From Spirochaetia bacterium (lineage in GTDB: Bacteria > Spirochaetota > Spirochaetia > SZUA-6 > Bin103), in NCBI GenBank assembly GCA_965199955.1, contig CBDATQ010000001.1:160001-224000 (forward strand): a stretch of DNA of 64,000 nt. The letters are read 5' to 3'. Both the position numbers and the translations under genes were made by a program. This document shows positions 53,359-62,554 of this stretch, piece by piece (position 1 is the stretch's first letter; each line of letters opens with the position of its first letter). The notes under the pieces were generated by a model that did no database searches, was not told the origin of the DNA, and saw nothing but the letters and a program-made list of their open reading frames with translations.

Positions 53359-53505
53359 ACCGTAGGGGATTGCGCGGCGCGGGCGCTTACGGGCGCCGGG
53401 CTGTCCCGATGTGATTACATTGCCGAAATGCCTGAGCGCGTACCGGTTCGTTCCCGAGATGCTCCGGTGGGCGCGCGAAGAAACCGTTGACACCGGTTCC
53501 GGTTC

Positions 53506-54588
53506 ATGAGTACGTCTAGTCCAATGGTCACCTCCGGACCACAGGTCACCGGACCCGAGGTCGTCGACGGCGGGGTGGAGCGCGAGGCCGAGCGGCTGTT
53601 CACCACGTTGATGAACGTGAGCTGCCGGCCCGGCACCCACTGGACGCTCGAGCTCTGCCGGGAGATCGCACCGCTGACGCTGGAGATCAACCGGCTCAAG
53701 GAGCAGCGCAACGCGATCATCCTGGCGCATTCCTACGTGGACGCGGAGATCGTTTACGGCGTCGCCGACTTCAAGAGCGACTCCTACGCGCTCGCCCTGG
53801 AGGCGCGCCACAGCGACGCCGAGGTTATCGTCTTCGCTGGCGTGGTGTTCATGGCGGAGACGGCCAAGATCCTCTGCCCGAACGCCGAGGTGCTGGTGCC
53901 GGACATCGCCTCCGGCTGCTCGCTGGCCGACTCGCTCACCGCCGACGAGCTGCGCGCCCTCAAGGCCGAGCACCCGGACGCCGCCGTCGTCAGCTACATC
54001 AACAGCGCCGCGGAGGTGAAGGCGGAGAGCGACGTGTGCGTCACCTCCGGCAACGCCCTGAAGATCCTGCAGCGCCTGCCGGAGCGCCGCATCCTGTTCG
54101 TGCCGGACCGGATCATGGCCGTCAACCTGCAGCGCGACCTGCGCGCGCGCGGCGTCGACAAGGAGATCGTCAGCTCCTCCGGCACCTGCCTCGTGCACGA
54201 CCAGTTCACGGCCGCCGCCGTCGCGGACGAGCGGGTGCGCTTCCCCGGGGTGAGCGTGGTCAGCCATCCGGAGTGCGCGCCCGAGGTAACCGAGGCCAGC
54301 GACTTCGTGGGCAGCACGCAGGCGATGATGGACCACGTGCGGGACACCGATGCCCCGTACTTCCTGATGCTCACCGAGTGCGGCCTGGTCGGCCGGCTGG
54401 AGGCGGAGCAGCCGGGCAAGCGCTTCATCGGCTCCTGCCGCCTGTGCCCGTACATGAAGCTCAACAGCCTGGCCAAGATCCGCGACGCGCTCATCCGTCC
54501 CGAGCCGGAGCAGGTGATCGAGGTGGATCCGGAAATCGCCCGCGCTGCCAAGGTCAGCATCGACCGCATGTTCGAGCTGGCCGCCTGA
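53506..54588 (+). CDS. nadA: Quinolinate synthase
   Basis: ILAHSY, FMAETAKIL.P, GCSLAD, TCLVH, HPEC, CPYMK; start 53506 or 53524. Confidence 0.95.
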   Translation: MSTSSPMVTSGPQVTGPEVVDGGVEREAERLFTTLMNVSCRPGTHWTLELCREIAPLTLEINRLKEQRNAIILAHSYVDAEIVYGVADFKSDSYALALEARHSDAEVIVFAGVVFMAETAKILCPNAEVLVPDIASGCSLADSLTADELRALKAEHPDAAVVSYINSAAEVKAESDVCVTSGNALKILQRLPERRILFVPDRIMAVNLQRDLRARGVDKEIVSSSGTCLVHDQFTAAAVADERVRFPGVSVVSHPECAPEVTEASDFVGSTQAMMDHVRDTDAPYFLMLTECGLVGRLEAEQPGKRFIGSCRLCPYMKLNSLAKIRDALIRPEPEQVIEVDPEIARAAKVSIDRMFELAA

Positions 54589-54731
54589 TCGCCCGCTTTC
54601 TCCAGTCCTCAACCTGATCGCCACTGATGCCGCGGATGTCCTGGGTGTGCTTGACCACTTCCGGGCCGACCATGTACATATGAACGAGATACATGTACGA
54701 GTCCTCGGATGAAGTGATCACCGTCGATGAA

Positions 54732-54959
54732 GTGATTACCGTCAGGGCAAGCGAATTGCGCAAGGATCTGTTTCGCCTGCTCGACCGTTGCCTGGAGGCG
54801 GGAACCGCGATCGACGTGCCACGCAAGGGTCGCACGGTGCGCATCGCCGCGTTGCGGCGGCGTATCAAGGTCGCCGATCTGCCGCGGCGCCCCGGTGTCG
54901 TGGTCGCCGGAGACGAGCTCGACCGGTTCTCTCCGGCCGAGTGGCGACCGGGCGAGTAG
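54732..54959 (+). CDS. Phd/YefM-like antitoxin
   Basis: ASELRKDLFRLLD.....G..I...RKGR; directly upstream of a PIN fragment; start region duplicated. Confidence 0.7.
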   Translation: MITVRASELRKDLFRLLDRCLEAGTAIDVPRKGRTVRIAALRRRIKVADLPRRPGVVVAGDELDRFSPAEWRPGE

Positions 54960-55084
54960 GTTCCGGGCGCGATCCGTTCGACCGGCTGATCGTCGCCCAC
55001 GCCATCGCCTTCGCCGCTCCCCTGTGCACCCGCGACCGACATCTTCGCGATCACTATCAGGCGGCGTTCTGGACTGCGGCCTGA
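54960..55084 (+). pseudogene. C-terminal fragment of a VapC/PIN toxin
   Basis: RDPFDRLIVAHA.....L.TRD.......W* present; N-terminal PIN catalytic region absent. Confidence 0.75.
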
Positions 55085-55094
55085 GACCGGGAGC

Positions 55095-55130
55095 TTGCGA
55101 CGCCACCCGCGATCCACACAGACTCGCGGC
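55095..55130 (+). promoter_or_regulatory. Putative internal leaderless nadC promoter TTGCGA-N18-CAGACT
   Basis: -10 box ends 6 nt before ATG 55131; no SD. Confidence 0.5.
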
Positions 55131-55970
55131 ATGCTCACCCGCCCCGTCATCGAGGCGGCCGTCACCGCGGCGCTGCGGGAGGACCTGGCCTACGGCGACC
55201 TCACCACCGAGGCCGTCGTCAGCTCCGCGCGGCGTGGCCGCGCCCGCATCCTGGCGCGCGAGCCGCTCACCCTGTGCGGGGCGGAGGTCGCCGCGCACGC
55301 CTTCCGGGCGGTCGACCCCGATCTGGCCATCGAGCTCGGCGGCGCCGACGGCGACCATGTGGTGCCGCCGAGCCAGGTGATGCTGGTCTCCGGTGCCGTC
55401 CGCTCGATCCTGGCCGCCGAGCGCGTGGCCCTCAACTTCCTCCAGCACCTTTCCGGCATCGCCACGGTCACGGCCGCCTTCTGCACGACGATCGCCGGCA
55501 CCGGCGCCGCCGTGTGCGACACCCGCAAGACGACGCCGGGACTGCGGGCGCTGGAGAAGCACGCCGTGCGCGCCGGCGGCGGGCGGTCGCACCGCAGCAC
55601 GCTCGCCGACTGCGCCATGATCAAGGACAACCACATCGCCGCGGCGGGCGGCGTGCGGGCGGCCGTGGAGCGGGTGCGGGCGCGCACCCCGCACGTCGCC
55701 CGCGTCGAGGTGGAGGTGGAGACGCCGGAGCAGCTCGCCGAGGCGCTCGATGCAGGCGCCGACGTGATCCTGCTCGACAACATGACGCCGGCCGAGGTGC
55801 GCGCAGCGGTGCAGGAGATCGGCGGCCGGGCGATCACCGAGGCTTCCGGGTCGATCAACCTCGAAAACGTCCGCGCCTTCGCCGAGGCCGGGGTCGACAT
55901 GATCTCCACGAGCGCGCTCACCAGCACGGTGCGGCGCGTCGACCTGAGCCTGGAGCTGGAAGCCGACTGA
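55131..55970 (+). CDS. nadC: Nicotinate-nucleotide pyrophosphorylase (quinolinate PRTase)
   Basis: ERVALNFLQHLSGIAT, DTRKTTPGLR, IKDNH, ILLDN, EASG. Confidence 0.97.
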   Translation: MLTRPVIEAAVTAALREDLAYGDLTTEAVVSSARRGRARILAREPLTLCGAEVAAHAFRAVDPDLAIELGGADGDHVVPPSQVMLVSGAVRSILAAERVALNFLQHLSGIATVTAAFCTTIAGTGAAVCDTRKTTPGLRALEKHAVRAGGGRSHRSTLADCAMIKDNHIAAAGGVRAAVERVRARTPHVARVEVEVETPEQLAEALDAGADVILLDNMTPAEVRAAVQEIGGRAITEASGSINLENVRAFAEAGVDMISTSALTSTVRRVDLSLELEAD

Positions 55971-57532
55971 TGCGCACGGTTCGCACCGATTGCCTGGTGA
56001 TCGGCTGCGGGCTGGCCGGCGCCGGCTACGCGTACCAGGCCGCGAAGGCGGGCCTGGAGTGCATCCTGCTGTCGGGCGAGCCGATCGCGGACGAGTGCAA
56101 CAGCGCGCGCGCCCAGGGCGGCATCGTCGATCCGGCGGTGGACCCCGACTCTCTGCGGAGCGACGTCATGACCGCCAGCGCGGAGACGGCCAATCCGCGC
56201 GCGGTCGACTTCATCGTCGAGCGGGGCGGCGCCGCGGTCCGCGAGCTGGTGGACGAGCTCGACGTTCCCTTCGAGAGGGACGACCGCGGCGAGCTGCGCA
56301 TGACGCGCGAGGCCGCCCACACGGCGGCGCGCATCCTGTTCGCCAAGGACCAGACCGGAAGGGCGATCGTCACCGCCCTGCACCGGGCGGTCGCCGCGTC
56401 GCCGCGGATCGATATGGCGCAGCACACGGTCGCCGTCGACCTGCTCACCCTGTCGCACAGCTCCACCGACCGGCTGCACAAGTACGAGCCGCTGACCTGC
56501 TTCGGCGCCTACGTGCTGGATGTGGCCACCGGCGAGGTGTACGCGATCGTCGCCCGCAAGACGGTGCTGGCGACCGGCGGCCTGGGCCAGATCTACCTGC
56601 ACTCGACCAACTTCCCGAGCGCGTACGGCCACGGCGCGGCGATGGGCTACCGCGTGGGCGCGCGCGTGATCGATCTGGAGTACGTGCAGTTCCACCCGAC
56701 CGTCTTCACCAGGAAGGACGCCGCGCCGTTCCTGATCAGCGAGGCGGTGCGTGGCGAGGGCGGCCACCTGGTGGACGCCGCCGGCCGCCGCTTCATGGAT
56801 GATCACCACCCGGACGGATCGCTGGCGCCGCGTGACGTGATCGCCCGTGCGATCACCTTCGAGATGATCCGCACCGGCGCGCCCTCGGTGTTCATCGACC
56901 TGTCCGACCTGGAGCCCGGCTACGTGACCGACCGGTTCCCGACCATCTACCGGCACTGCCTGGACGCGGGCGTCGACATCACGCAGGAGCCGATCCCGGT
57001 GGTGCCGGCCGCCCACTACGCATGCGGCGGGCTGTACACGGACGTGTACGGCCGCACCAACATCATCGACCTGTCGGCGGTGGGAGAGGCCGCCTGCACT
57101 GGCTTCCACGGCGCCAACCGCCTGGCAAGCACCTCGCTCCTGGAGTGCGTGACCATGGCCCGCGAGGGCGCGGCCACGGCGGCCGGCGAGCTTGCCGGCC
57201 GCCGGTTTCAGCCGCCGGACGTGCGGCCCTGGGAGGGGCGCCGCGTGCAGGCGGACGAGGACCTGATCCAGCAGGACCTCAACCTGGTCAAGGCCACCAT
57301 GTGGAACTACGTCGGCCTGGTGCGCACCGGCCGCCGGCTGCAGCGCGCGCGGGACATGCTGCGCGAGCTGCACGCGCAGGTGGACGACTTCTACCGCGAC
57401 TGCGCGGTCTCCAAGCCGCTGTTGAACCTGCGCAACGCCGTGCAGACCGCCCTGCTGGTCGTGTACGCTGCCTGCCACAACACGCGCAGCGTCGGGTGCC
57501 ACTACCGCGACGACAGGCACGACGGCCGTTAG
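55970..57532 (+). CDS. nadB: L-aspartate oxidase
   Basis: IGCGLAG, AQGG, QFHPT, LISEAVRGEG, HY.CGG, HGANRLAS.SLLE. Confidence 0.95.
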   Translation: MRTVRTDCLVIGCGLAGAGYAYQAAKAGLECILLSGEPIADECNSARAQGGIVDPAVDPDSLRSDVMTASAETANPRAVDFIVERGGAAVRELVDELDVPFERDDRGELRMTREAAHTAARILFAKDQTGRAIVTALHRAVAASPRIDMAQHTVAVDLLTLSHSSTDRLHKYEPLTCFGAYVLDVATGEVYAIVARKTVLATGGLGQIYLHSTNFPSAYGHGAAMGYRVGARVIDLEYVQFHPTVFTRKDAAPFLISEAVRGEGGHLVDAAGRRFMDDHHPDGSLAPRDVIARAITFEMIRTGAPSVFIDLSDLEPGYVTDRFPTIYRHCLDAGVDITQEPIPVVPAAHYACGGLYTDVYGRTNIIDLSAVGEAACTGFHGANRLASTSLLECVTMAREGAATAAGELAGRRFQPPDVRPWEGRRVQADEDLIQQDLNLVKATMWNYVGLVRTGRRLQRARDMLRELHAQVDDFYRDCAVSKPLLNLRNAVQTALLVVYAACHNTRSVGCHYRDDRHDGR

Positions 57533-57579
57533 CGCCGCGCCGTCGCAGCACCCTCCGTTGCGAGCAAGGCGAGGGACCC

Positions 57580-58689
57580 ATGGCTACCCGGATCGAAGAA
57601 CCGCTCGCACGGACCGAGGCCGCACCGGCGGATGACCCGCGCGTGCTCGCCCTGGTCGACTGTGACGTGCACCCGTACGTCAACAACATCCGCGAGCTGA
57701 CCCCCTATCTGCCGCAGCGCTGGCGGAGCTGGATCGATCAGACCGGCTACCAGGGCCCGCCGCCGCCGGTCTACCCCAAGGTGTTCGAGCTGGCATCCCG
57801 GCGCGACGCCTGGCCGCCCTCGGGCAAGCGTCCGGGCGGCGACCCCGGGTTCGCGGCCGAGCAGCTCCTGGACGAGTGGTCGGTCGACCTGGCCATCCTC
57901 AACAACCTGTACGGCCTGGGCGGGATCAAGAATCACCACCTGGCGCGGGAGATCACGCCGGCGTTGAACCGCTGGCTGCAGGACCGCTGGCTGGACGCCG
58001 ACGAACGCTGGCGCGGCGCGCTGTGCGTGAATCCGGAGGATCCCGGCGGCGCGCCCGCCGTGATCGAGGAGTTCGCCCGCGACGAGCGGTTCGTGCAGGT
58101 GCTGCTGCCGGTGCGCTCCAGCGCTCCCTACGGCCGGCCGCAGTTCCGGCCGATCTTCCGCGCCGCCGCCGATGCCGGACTGCCGGTCGGGCTGCACTTC
58201 GGCGGCTCGGCCGCCAACCCGATCACGGCGGTCGGCTGGCCGTCATTCTACATCGAGGACCACACCGCCATGTCGCAGGCGTTCGAGGCGCAGGTGCTGA
58301 GCTTGGTCTGCGAGGGGGTGTTCGACGAGATCCCGGATGCGCGCGTGATCCTGATCGAGGGCGGGTTCGGCTGGCTGCCGCCGCTGATGTGGCGCCTGGA
58401 CAAGAACTACCGCGGGCTCCGCGACGAGGTGCCGTGGCTGCGCGACCTGCCGAGCCGCTACATCCGCCGCCACTTCCGGGCCACCAGCCAGCCCATGGAG
58501 GAGCCGGAGGATCCGGAGCACCTGCGCTGGCTGTTCGAGATGATCGGCGAGGACGGATTCGTGATGTTCGCCACCGACTACCCGCACTGGGACTTCGATT
58601 CACCGGACCGGGCGCTGCCGCACACGCTGCCTGAGGAGCTGCGCCGCCGCATCCTGGCCGGCAATGCCCAGGAGACTTATGGATTCTGA
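57580..58689 (+). CDS. Amidohydrolase_2 superfamily TIM-barrel metalloenzyme
   Basis: VDCDVH, GLHFGG, LIEGG..W, FATDYPHWD, GNA..Y; SD GAGGG. Confidence 0.9.
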   Translation: MATRIEEPLARTEAAPADDPRVLALVDCDVHPYVNNIRELTPYLPQRWRSWIDQTGYQGPPPPVYPKVFELASRRDAWPPSGKRPGGDPGFAAEQLLDEWSVDLAILNNLYGLGGIKNHHLAREITPALNRWLQDRWLDADERWRGALCVNPEDPGGAPAVIEEFARDERFVQVLLPVRSSAPYGRPQFRPIFRAAADAGLPVGLHFGGSAANPITAVGWPSFYIEDHTAMSQAFEAQVLSLVCEGVFDEIPDARVILIEGGFGWLPPLMWRLDKNYRGLRDEVPWLRDLPSRYIRRHFRATSQPMEEPEDPEHLRWLFEMIGEDGFVMFATDYPHWDFDSPDRALPHTLPEELRRRILAGNAQETYGF

Positions 58690-59059
58690 GCGGGAGGAAG
58701 CAGGCGAGCACGACCTGGGCCCGGTGACCGGCTACCCGCAGGGCGAGCCGGTCGCGGTCGACGTCGGTCGCCGGCGCCTGGTCGTGGTCAGGGACGGCGA
58801 GCGGGTGTTCGCGCTGCGCGATGTCTGCCCGCACCAGGGCGCGGCGCTGTCGGCGGGCCGGGTGATCTCCACCTGCCGCCTGCACCGCGAGGACGGCCGC
58901 TGGGTGCAGACCGACCTGCGTGTCCTGCAGTGCCCGTGGCACGGCTGGGCGTTCGAGCTGACCGGCGGGCAGGCCTTGTTCGAAGACTCCGGCACTCGCG
59001 TACGCTCCTATCCCGCGCGTGTCCACGGTGGGCGCGTGCGCGTACGGGTCGAGCGGTGA
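58679..59059 (+). CDS. Small Rieske [2Fe-2S] ferredoxin
   Basis: CPHQGA and CPWHGWAF. Confidence 0.92.
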   Translation: MDSEREEAGEHDLGPVTGYPQGEPVAVDVGRRRLVVVRDGERVFALRDVCPHQGAALSAGRVISTCRLHREDGRWVQTDLRVLQCPWHGWAFELTGGQALFEDSGTRVRSYPARVHGGRVRVRVER

Positions 59060-59472
59060 CCGCCGCCGGCACCTCGATCGGCTTCCTGGAGCTGATCCGG
59101 CGCTTGGGCGGGCTGGAGTTGCCGCCGGTCGACTTGGTGGTCGGAATCGGCCGTGGCGGCGTGGTGCCCGCCGCGCTGGCGGCGCAGCGGCTGGCGTGCG
59201 ACCTGCGGGTCCTTCCGGTCCGCTTTCGTGACGACGCGCACCAGCCGGAACGGGCGGAGCCGCTGGTCACCCCGCCCGCCTTCGACGTGGCAGGCAAGCG
59301 AGTCCTGCTGGTGGACGACGTGGCGCGCACCGGCGCCACGCTGAGCGCCGCCGCCGGCGCACTGGCCGGCGCAGCCGCCATCCACACGCTGGTGGTCGCC
59401 GGCTGCGCCGACTACGCCCTGTTCCAGGTGGACTCCTGCATCGCCTGGCCCTGGCAGGCCGAAGCGCGGTAG
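59056..59472 (+). CDS. Type I phosphoribosyltransferase-domain protein
   Basis: VGIGRGG..PA and VLLVDDVARTGATL. Confidence 0.85.
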   Translation: MTAAGTSIGFLELIRRLGGLELPPVDLVVGIGRGGVVPAALAAQRLACDLRVLPVRFRDDAHQPERAEPLVTPPAFDVAGKRVLLVDDVARTGATLSAAAGALAGAAAIHTLVVAGCADYALFQVDSCIAWPWQAEAR

Positions 59473-59488
59473 CGAGCCGCGCGGCGAC

Positions 59489-59893
59489 TCAAGATGGTCG
59501 CGGTTGACGTTTCTCCTCTGCGATCTGGATCAAGTTGCCGCACGAATCGTCGAACACGGCGGTAATGACCGTCCCGAGGTCGGTCGGCGGCTGTACGAAT
59601 CGCACGCCTCTTGCCACGAGACGCTCGTGTTCGGCTTCGACGTCGTCGACGGCGAAGGAGGCGCTGGGGATGCCGTCCTCCACAAGCGCCCTCTTGAACG
59701 GACGTACCGCGGGATGGTCGTCAGGCTCAAGCAGCAACTGCGTCCCCTCCGGAGCTTCCTCGGATACAACGGTGATCCAGGCATGCTCTCCCACGGGGAC
59801 GTTGTGCTTCAGCTTGAAGCCAAGCGTTTCCGTGTAGAAGCGAAGCGCCTTCTGTTGGTCGTCCACGAAGACACCGGCCAGGTGAATTCTCAT
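59489..59893 (-). CDS. VOC/glyoxalase-family protein
   Basis: VDDQQKAL.FY...LGF, FAVDDV, FDDSCGNLIQI; SD GGAG. Confidence 0.92.
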   Translation of the reverse strand: MRIHLAGVFVDDQQKALRFYTETLGFKLKHNVPVGEHAWITVVSEEAPEGTQLLLEPDDHPAVRPFKRALVEDGIPSASFAVDDVEAEHERLVARGVRFVQPPTDLGTVITAVFDDSCGNLIQIAEEKRQPRPS

Positions 59894-59906
59894 CTTTCAA
59901 GACTCC

Positions 59907-59930
59907 TTTCGTCACAGTTTTCGTCACAGT
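59907..59930. repeat. 12-bp tandem repeat TTTCGTCACAGT x2
   Basis: Exact copies at 59907-59918 and 59919-59930. Confidence 0.85.
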
Positions 59931-60652
59931 CCTTCGTCGCCGACGCTGAACGGCATGGCGCGCCGCACCATGCGGCTCTCGGAGCGCGGCGGCAGATCGG
60001 CCATGCAGCGCCTGACAGCGGCCGGCCGGTCGGCGGGGGGCACTTCGATTATCAAGCCGGTAGTCTCGACGCTGCGCAGCACCTCCAGGTCGGTGCCGCA
60101 GATGCCCACCGGCAGCTCCAGCATCAGGGGCCGGTCGATGACGCCGCACACGCGCTGGATGTTCGCCAGCGTGTGGAAGGAGAGCGGCGACTCGCGGATC
60201 GGCGGCCGGAACAGCAGGCCGTTGATCGCCAGCTCGCCGAGGGAACGGATCATCCCTTCGTCGGACCGGTGATCGACGGTGATGACGATGCCCAGGTCCG
60301 GCAGGGTCAGCAGCGCGGCCTCGGTGCCGGCGGCGTCGAAGATCACGTAGTCGCAGCCGATCTCGACCAGGGCCCGCGTCTGCTCCAAGGTGAACAGCGG
60401 CAGGCGCACGCCCCAGATGCGGTTGCCGAGCGCCTTGGCGGCCGCGGGCAGGTCAGGATGGTCGACGCTGCCGAGCCGCAGCATGAAGGCGTCGGCATCG
60501 ATGTCGGCCAGTCGAGGATCGTGGGCGATCGCCTCCGGCGGAGCCTGCGCGATCAGCGCGAACTCGCCCACGCTCCTGGCGCTGGCGGCGAAGCCGGCCG
60601 GCCGCGGCGTATGCTCGCGGACGCGGTCGAGCAGCTCGATGAAATGGCTCAT
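59924..60652 (-). CDS. Hypothetical protein (possible TIM-barrel)
   Basis: 242-aa ORF with normal codon usage, ATGA overlap with the decarboxylase beta gene; GCDYVIF motif. Confidence 0.7.
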   Translation of the reverse strand: MSHFIELLDRVREHTPRPAGFAASARSVGEFALIAQAPPEAIAHDPRLADIDADAFMLRLGSVDHPDLPAAAKALGNRIWGVRLPLFTLEQTRALVEIGCDYVIFDAAGTEAALLTLPDLGIVITVDHRSDEGMIRSLGELAINGLLFRPPIRESPLSFHTLANIQRVCGVIDRPLMLELPVGICGTDLEVLRSVETTGLIIEVPPADRPAAVRRCMADLPPRSESRMVRRAMPFSVGDEGL

Positions 60653-61773
60653 CCGAAGATGGCGATCAGCACGCCGGCGGCGACCGCCGATCCGATCACG
60701 CCGGCCACGTTCGGGCCCATCGCGTTCATCAGCAGGAAGTTGCCTGGATCCTCGTCCTGTCCGACTTTCTGTACCACGCGCGCCGCCATCGGCACGGCGG
60801 AGACGCCGGCCGCGCCTATCATGGGGTTCACGCGCCGGCCGGTGAGCACGCACATCAGCTTGCCCATCAGCACGCCGGCGGCGGTGCCGATCGCGAAGGC
60901 GACCAGGCCCAGGGCGATGATCTGCAGCGTCCTGGGGTTCAGGAACGCGCCGGCGCTCATGCGCGAACCGACCGACAGGCCCAGCAGGATGGTGACGATG
61001 TTGATCATCTCGTTCTGGGCGCACTGCGACAGGCGCTCCAGCTTGGGAACCAGCGCGGTGGCTTCCTTGAGGAGGTTGCCCAGCATCAGCATGCCGATCA
61101 GCGGGGCGGCGGCCGGCACCACCAGCGCCGCGGTCACGGTGGTGATGATCGGGAAGAGGATCTTCACCCGGGTCGATACCGGCCGCAGGTCGGCCATGCG
61201 CACCAGCCGCTCGCGCCGGGTCGTCAGCAGCCGGATGATCGGCGGCTGGATGATGGGCACCAGCGCCATGTAGGAGTAGGCGGCCACGGCGACGGCACCC
61301 AGCAGGTGGTCGGCCAGCTTGCCGGTCAGGTAGATGGCGGTCGGACCGTCGGCGCCACCGATGATCGCGATCGACGCGGCCTCCGCCGGGCTGAAGCCGA
61401 GCGCTCCGGCGCCGAGCAGCGTGGCGAAGATCCCGAACTGCGCCGCCGCGCCCAGGATGAAGGTCTGCGGCCGTGCCAAGAGCGGCGTGAAGTCGGTCAT
61501 GGCGCCGATGCCCAGGAAGATCAGCGGCGGGAACACGCTGGACTTGATCCCGAACACGTAGATCTGCTCCAGCAGACCGCCGGGATCGATCAGGTCCACC
61601 CCCGGCAGGTTGACCAGCAGCGCGCCGAAGCCGATCGGCACCAGCAGCAGCGGTTCGTACTGGCGGACGATGCCCAGGTAGAGCAGGACGCCGGCCACCG
61701 CCAGCATGGCCACGCGCGCCAGCGTCAGCTCGGGCAGGCCGGTCGCCTGCAGGAACTGTTCGAACAGCCCCAT
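60649..61773 (-). CDS. Na+-translocating decarboxylase beta subunit (OadB/MmdB/GcdB family)
   Basis: [48 protein letters not shown]. Confidence 0.96.
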   Translation of the reverse strand: MGLFEQFLQATGLPELTLARVAMLAVAGVLLYLGIVRQYEPLLLVPIGFGALLVNLPGVDLIDPGGLLEQIYVFGIKSSVFPPLIFLGIGAMTDFTPLLARPQTFILGAAAQFGIFATLLGAGALGFSPAEAASIAIIGGADGPTAIYLTGKLADHLLGAVAVAAYSYMALVPIIQPPIIRLLTTRRERLVRMADLRPVSTRVKILFPIITTVTAALVVPAAAPLIGMLMLGNLLKEATALVPKLERLSQCAQNEMINIVTILLGLSVGSRMSAGAFLNPRTLQIIALGLVAFAIGTAAGVLMGKLMCVLTGRRVNPMIGAAGVSAVPMAARVVQKVGQDEDPGNFLLMNAMGPNVAGVIGSAVAAGVLIAIFG

Positions 61774-61779
61774 CGGCCG

Positions 61780-62217
61780 CTACTGGATGGTGAGCAGGGG
61801 TTGGCCTGCCGCGCGGTTGTCGCCGGCGCTCACGTGCACCTCCGAGACGGTGCCCGCGGCCGTGGCGGTGACGTCGATGTCCATCTTCATCGCCTCCATC
61901 ACGACGACGAGCTGCCCGGCGCTCACCTGCTCGCCGGCCGCGACCTTGACCTCCTTGACGGTGCCGGTCATCGGCGCCGGCAGGACGCCGGGTCCCGCCG
62001 CGGCCGGCGCTGGCGCCGGTGTCGGAGGGGGCGTCGGCGAGGGAGCCGCTGGCGTGGGTGCCGGGGTCTGCGCGGGAGTGGCGGCCGCCGGGGCCGCTCC
62101 GGGCTCCAGCTCGACGCGATAGGCGGTGCCTTCGTGGGTGATGGTGAGGACGTCGCCGTCGCGGACGACCTCGACCTCGTGGAGCACCCCCTCGTAGCGG
62201 AAGCGGATCGTGCTCAT
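61780..62217 (-). CDS. Biotin carboxyl-carrier subunit (MmdC-like)
   Basis: EAMKM biotinylation motif, Ala/Pro linker. Confidence 0.95.
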   Translation of the reverse strand: MSTIRFRYEGVLHEVEVVRDGDVLTITHEGTAYRVELEPGAAPAAATPAQTPAPTPAAPSPTPPPTPAPAPAAAGPGVLPAPMTGTVKEVKVAAGEQVSAGQLVVVMEAMKMDIDVTATAAGTVSEVHVSAGDNRAAGQPLLTIQ

Positions 62218-62549
62218 GAGGTTGCCTGCCGCGCGACAGTCGCCGATGCCGGCATCCGCAGGCGCCAGCGCGCGGCCTCCACCGTGTCGTAGGGCCGCCA
62301 GGCGGCGGCGCTGGGCAAGGTGGACGCGGCCTGTTCAGCGGCCAGATACGCGGCGGTTGCGGCGGCGATCCAGCCGGGGCTGCCCGCTCCGGCCGGTTCC
62401 GGGGCCGCTGCATCCGGGGCGTCCTGCCCCGTCTCGCGTCGGCCGGAAGCCGCGGTGAGCCCCGCCATCATGGCGCTCAGGAACACCAGGAAGACGAACA
62501 CCACGCCCATGCCGAGCACGGCGACGAACAGCGTGGACGGGGTATCCAT
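62214..62549 (-). CDS. OadG/MmdD-family membrane anchor subunit
   Basis: LGMGVVFVFL TM, IAAATAAY motif. Confidence 0.85.
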   Translation of the reverse strand: MDTPSTLFVAVLGMGVVFVFLVFLSAMMAGLTAASGRRETGQDAPDAAAPEPAGAGSPGWIAAATAAYLAAEQAASTLPSAAAWRPYDTVEAARWRLRMPASATVARQATS

Positions 62550-62554
62550 GGCTG

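Noticed and set aside
53359..53505. Possible NAD riboswitch or NrtR/NiaR site upstream of nadA
   Set aside because: No recognisable motif or convincing palindrome by eye; a TTGACA at 53487 suggests little or no leader; an Rfam scan would be needed
54788..55084. 98-aa ORF as a full-length toxin overlapping the antitoxin
   Set aside because: Its first ~58 codons are an alternate frame of the antitoxin with no PIN motif; only the tail is VapC-like
61980..62110. Pro/Ala/Thr repeats in the biotin carrier
   Set aside because: Ordinary flexible linker of biotinyl-domain proteins
59924..62413. Apparent long fusion ORFs (59924-62413, 6251-7858, 21280-22812, 22856-25120, 35362-37581, 37936-39453)
   Set aside because: The N-terminal parts are out-of-frame or antisense read-through of neighbouring genes; true starts are internal
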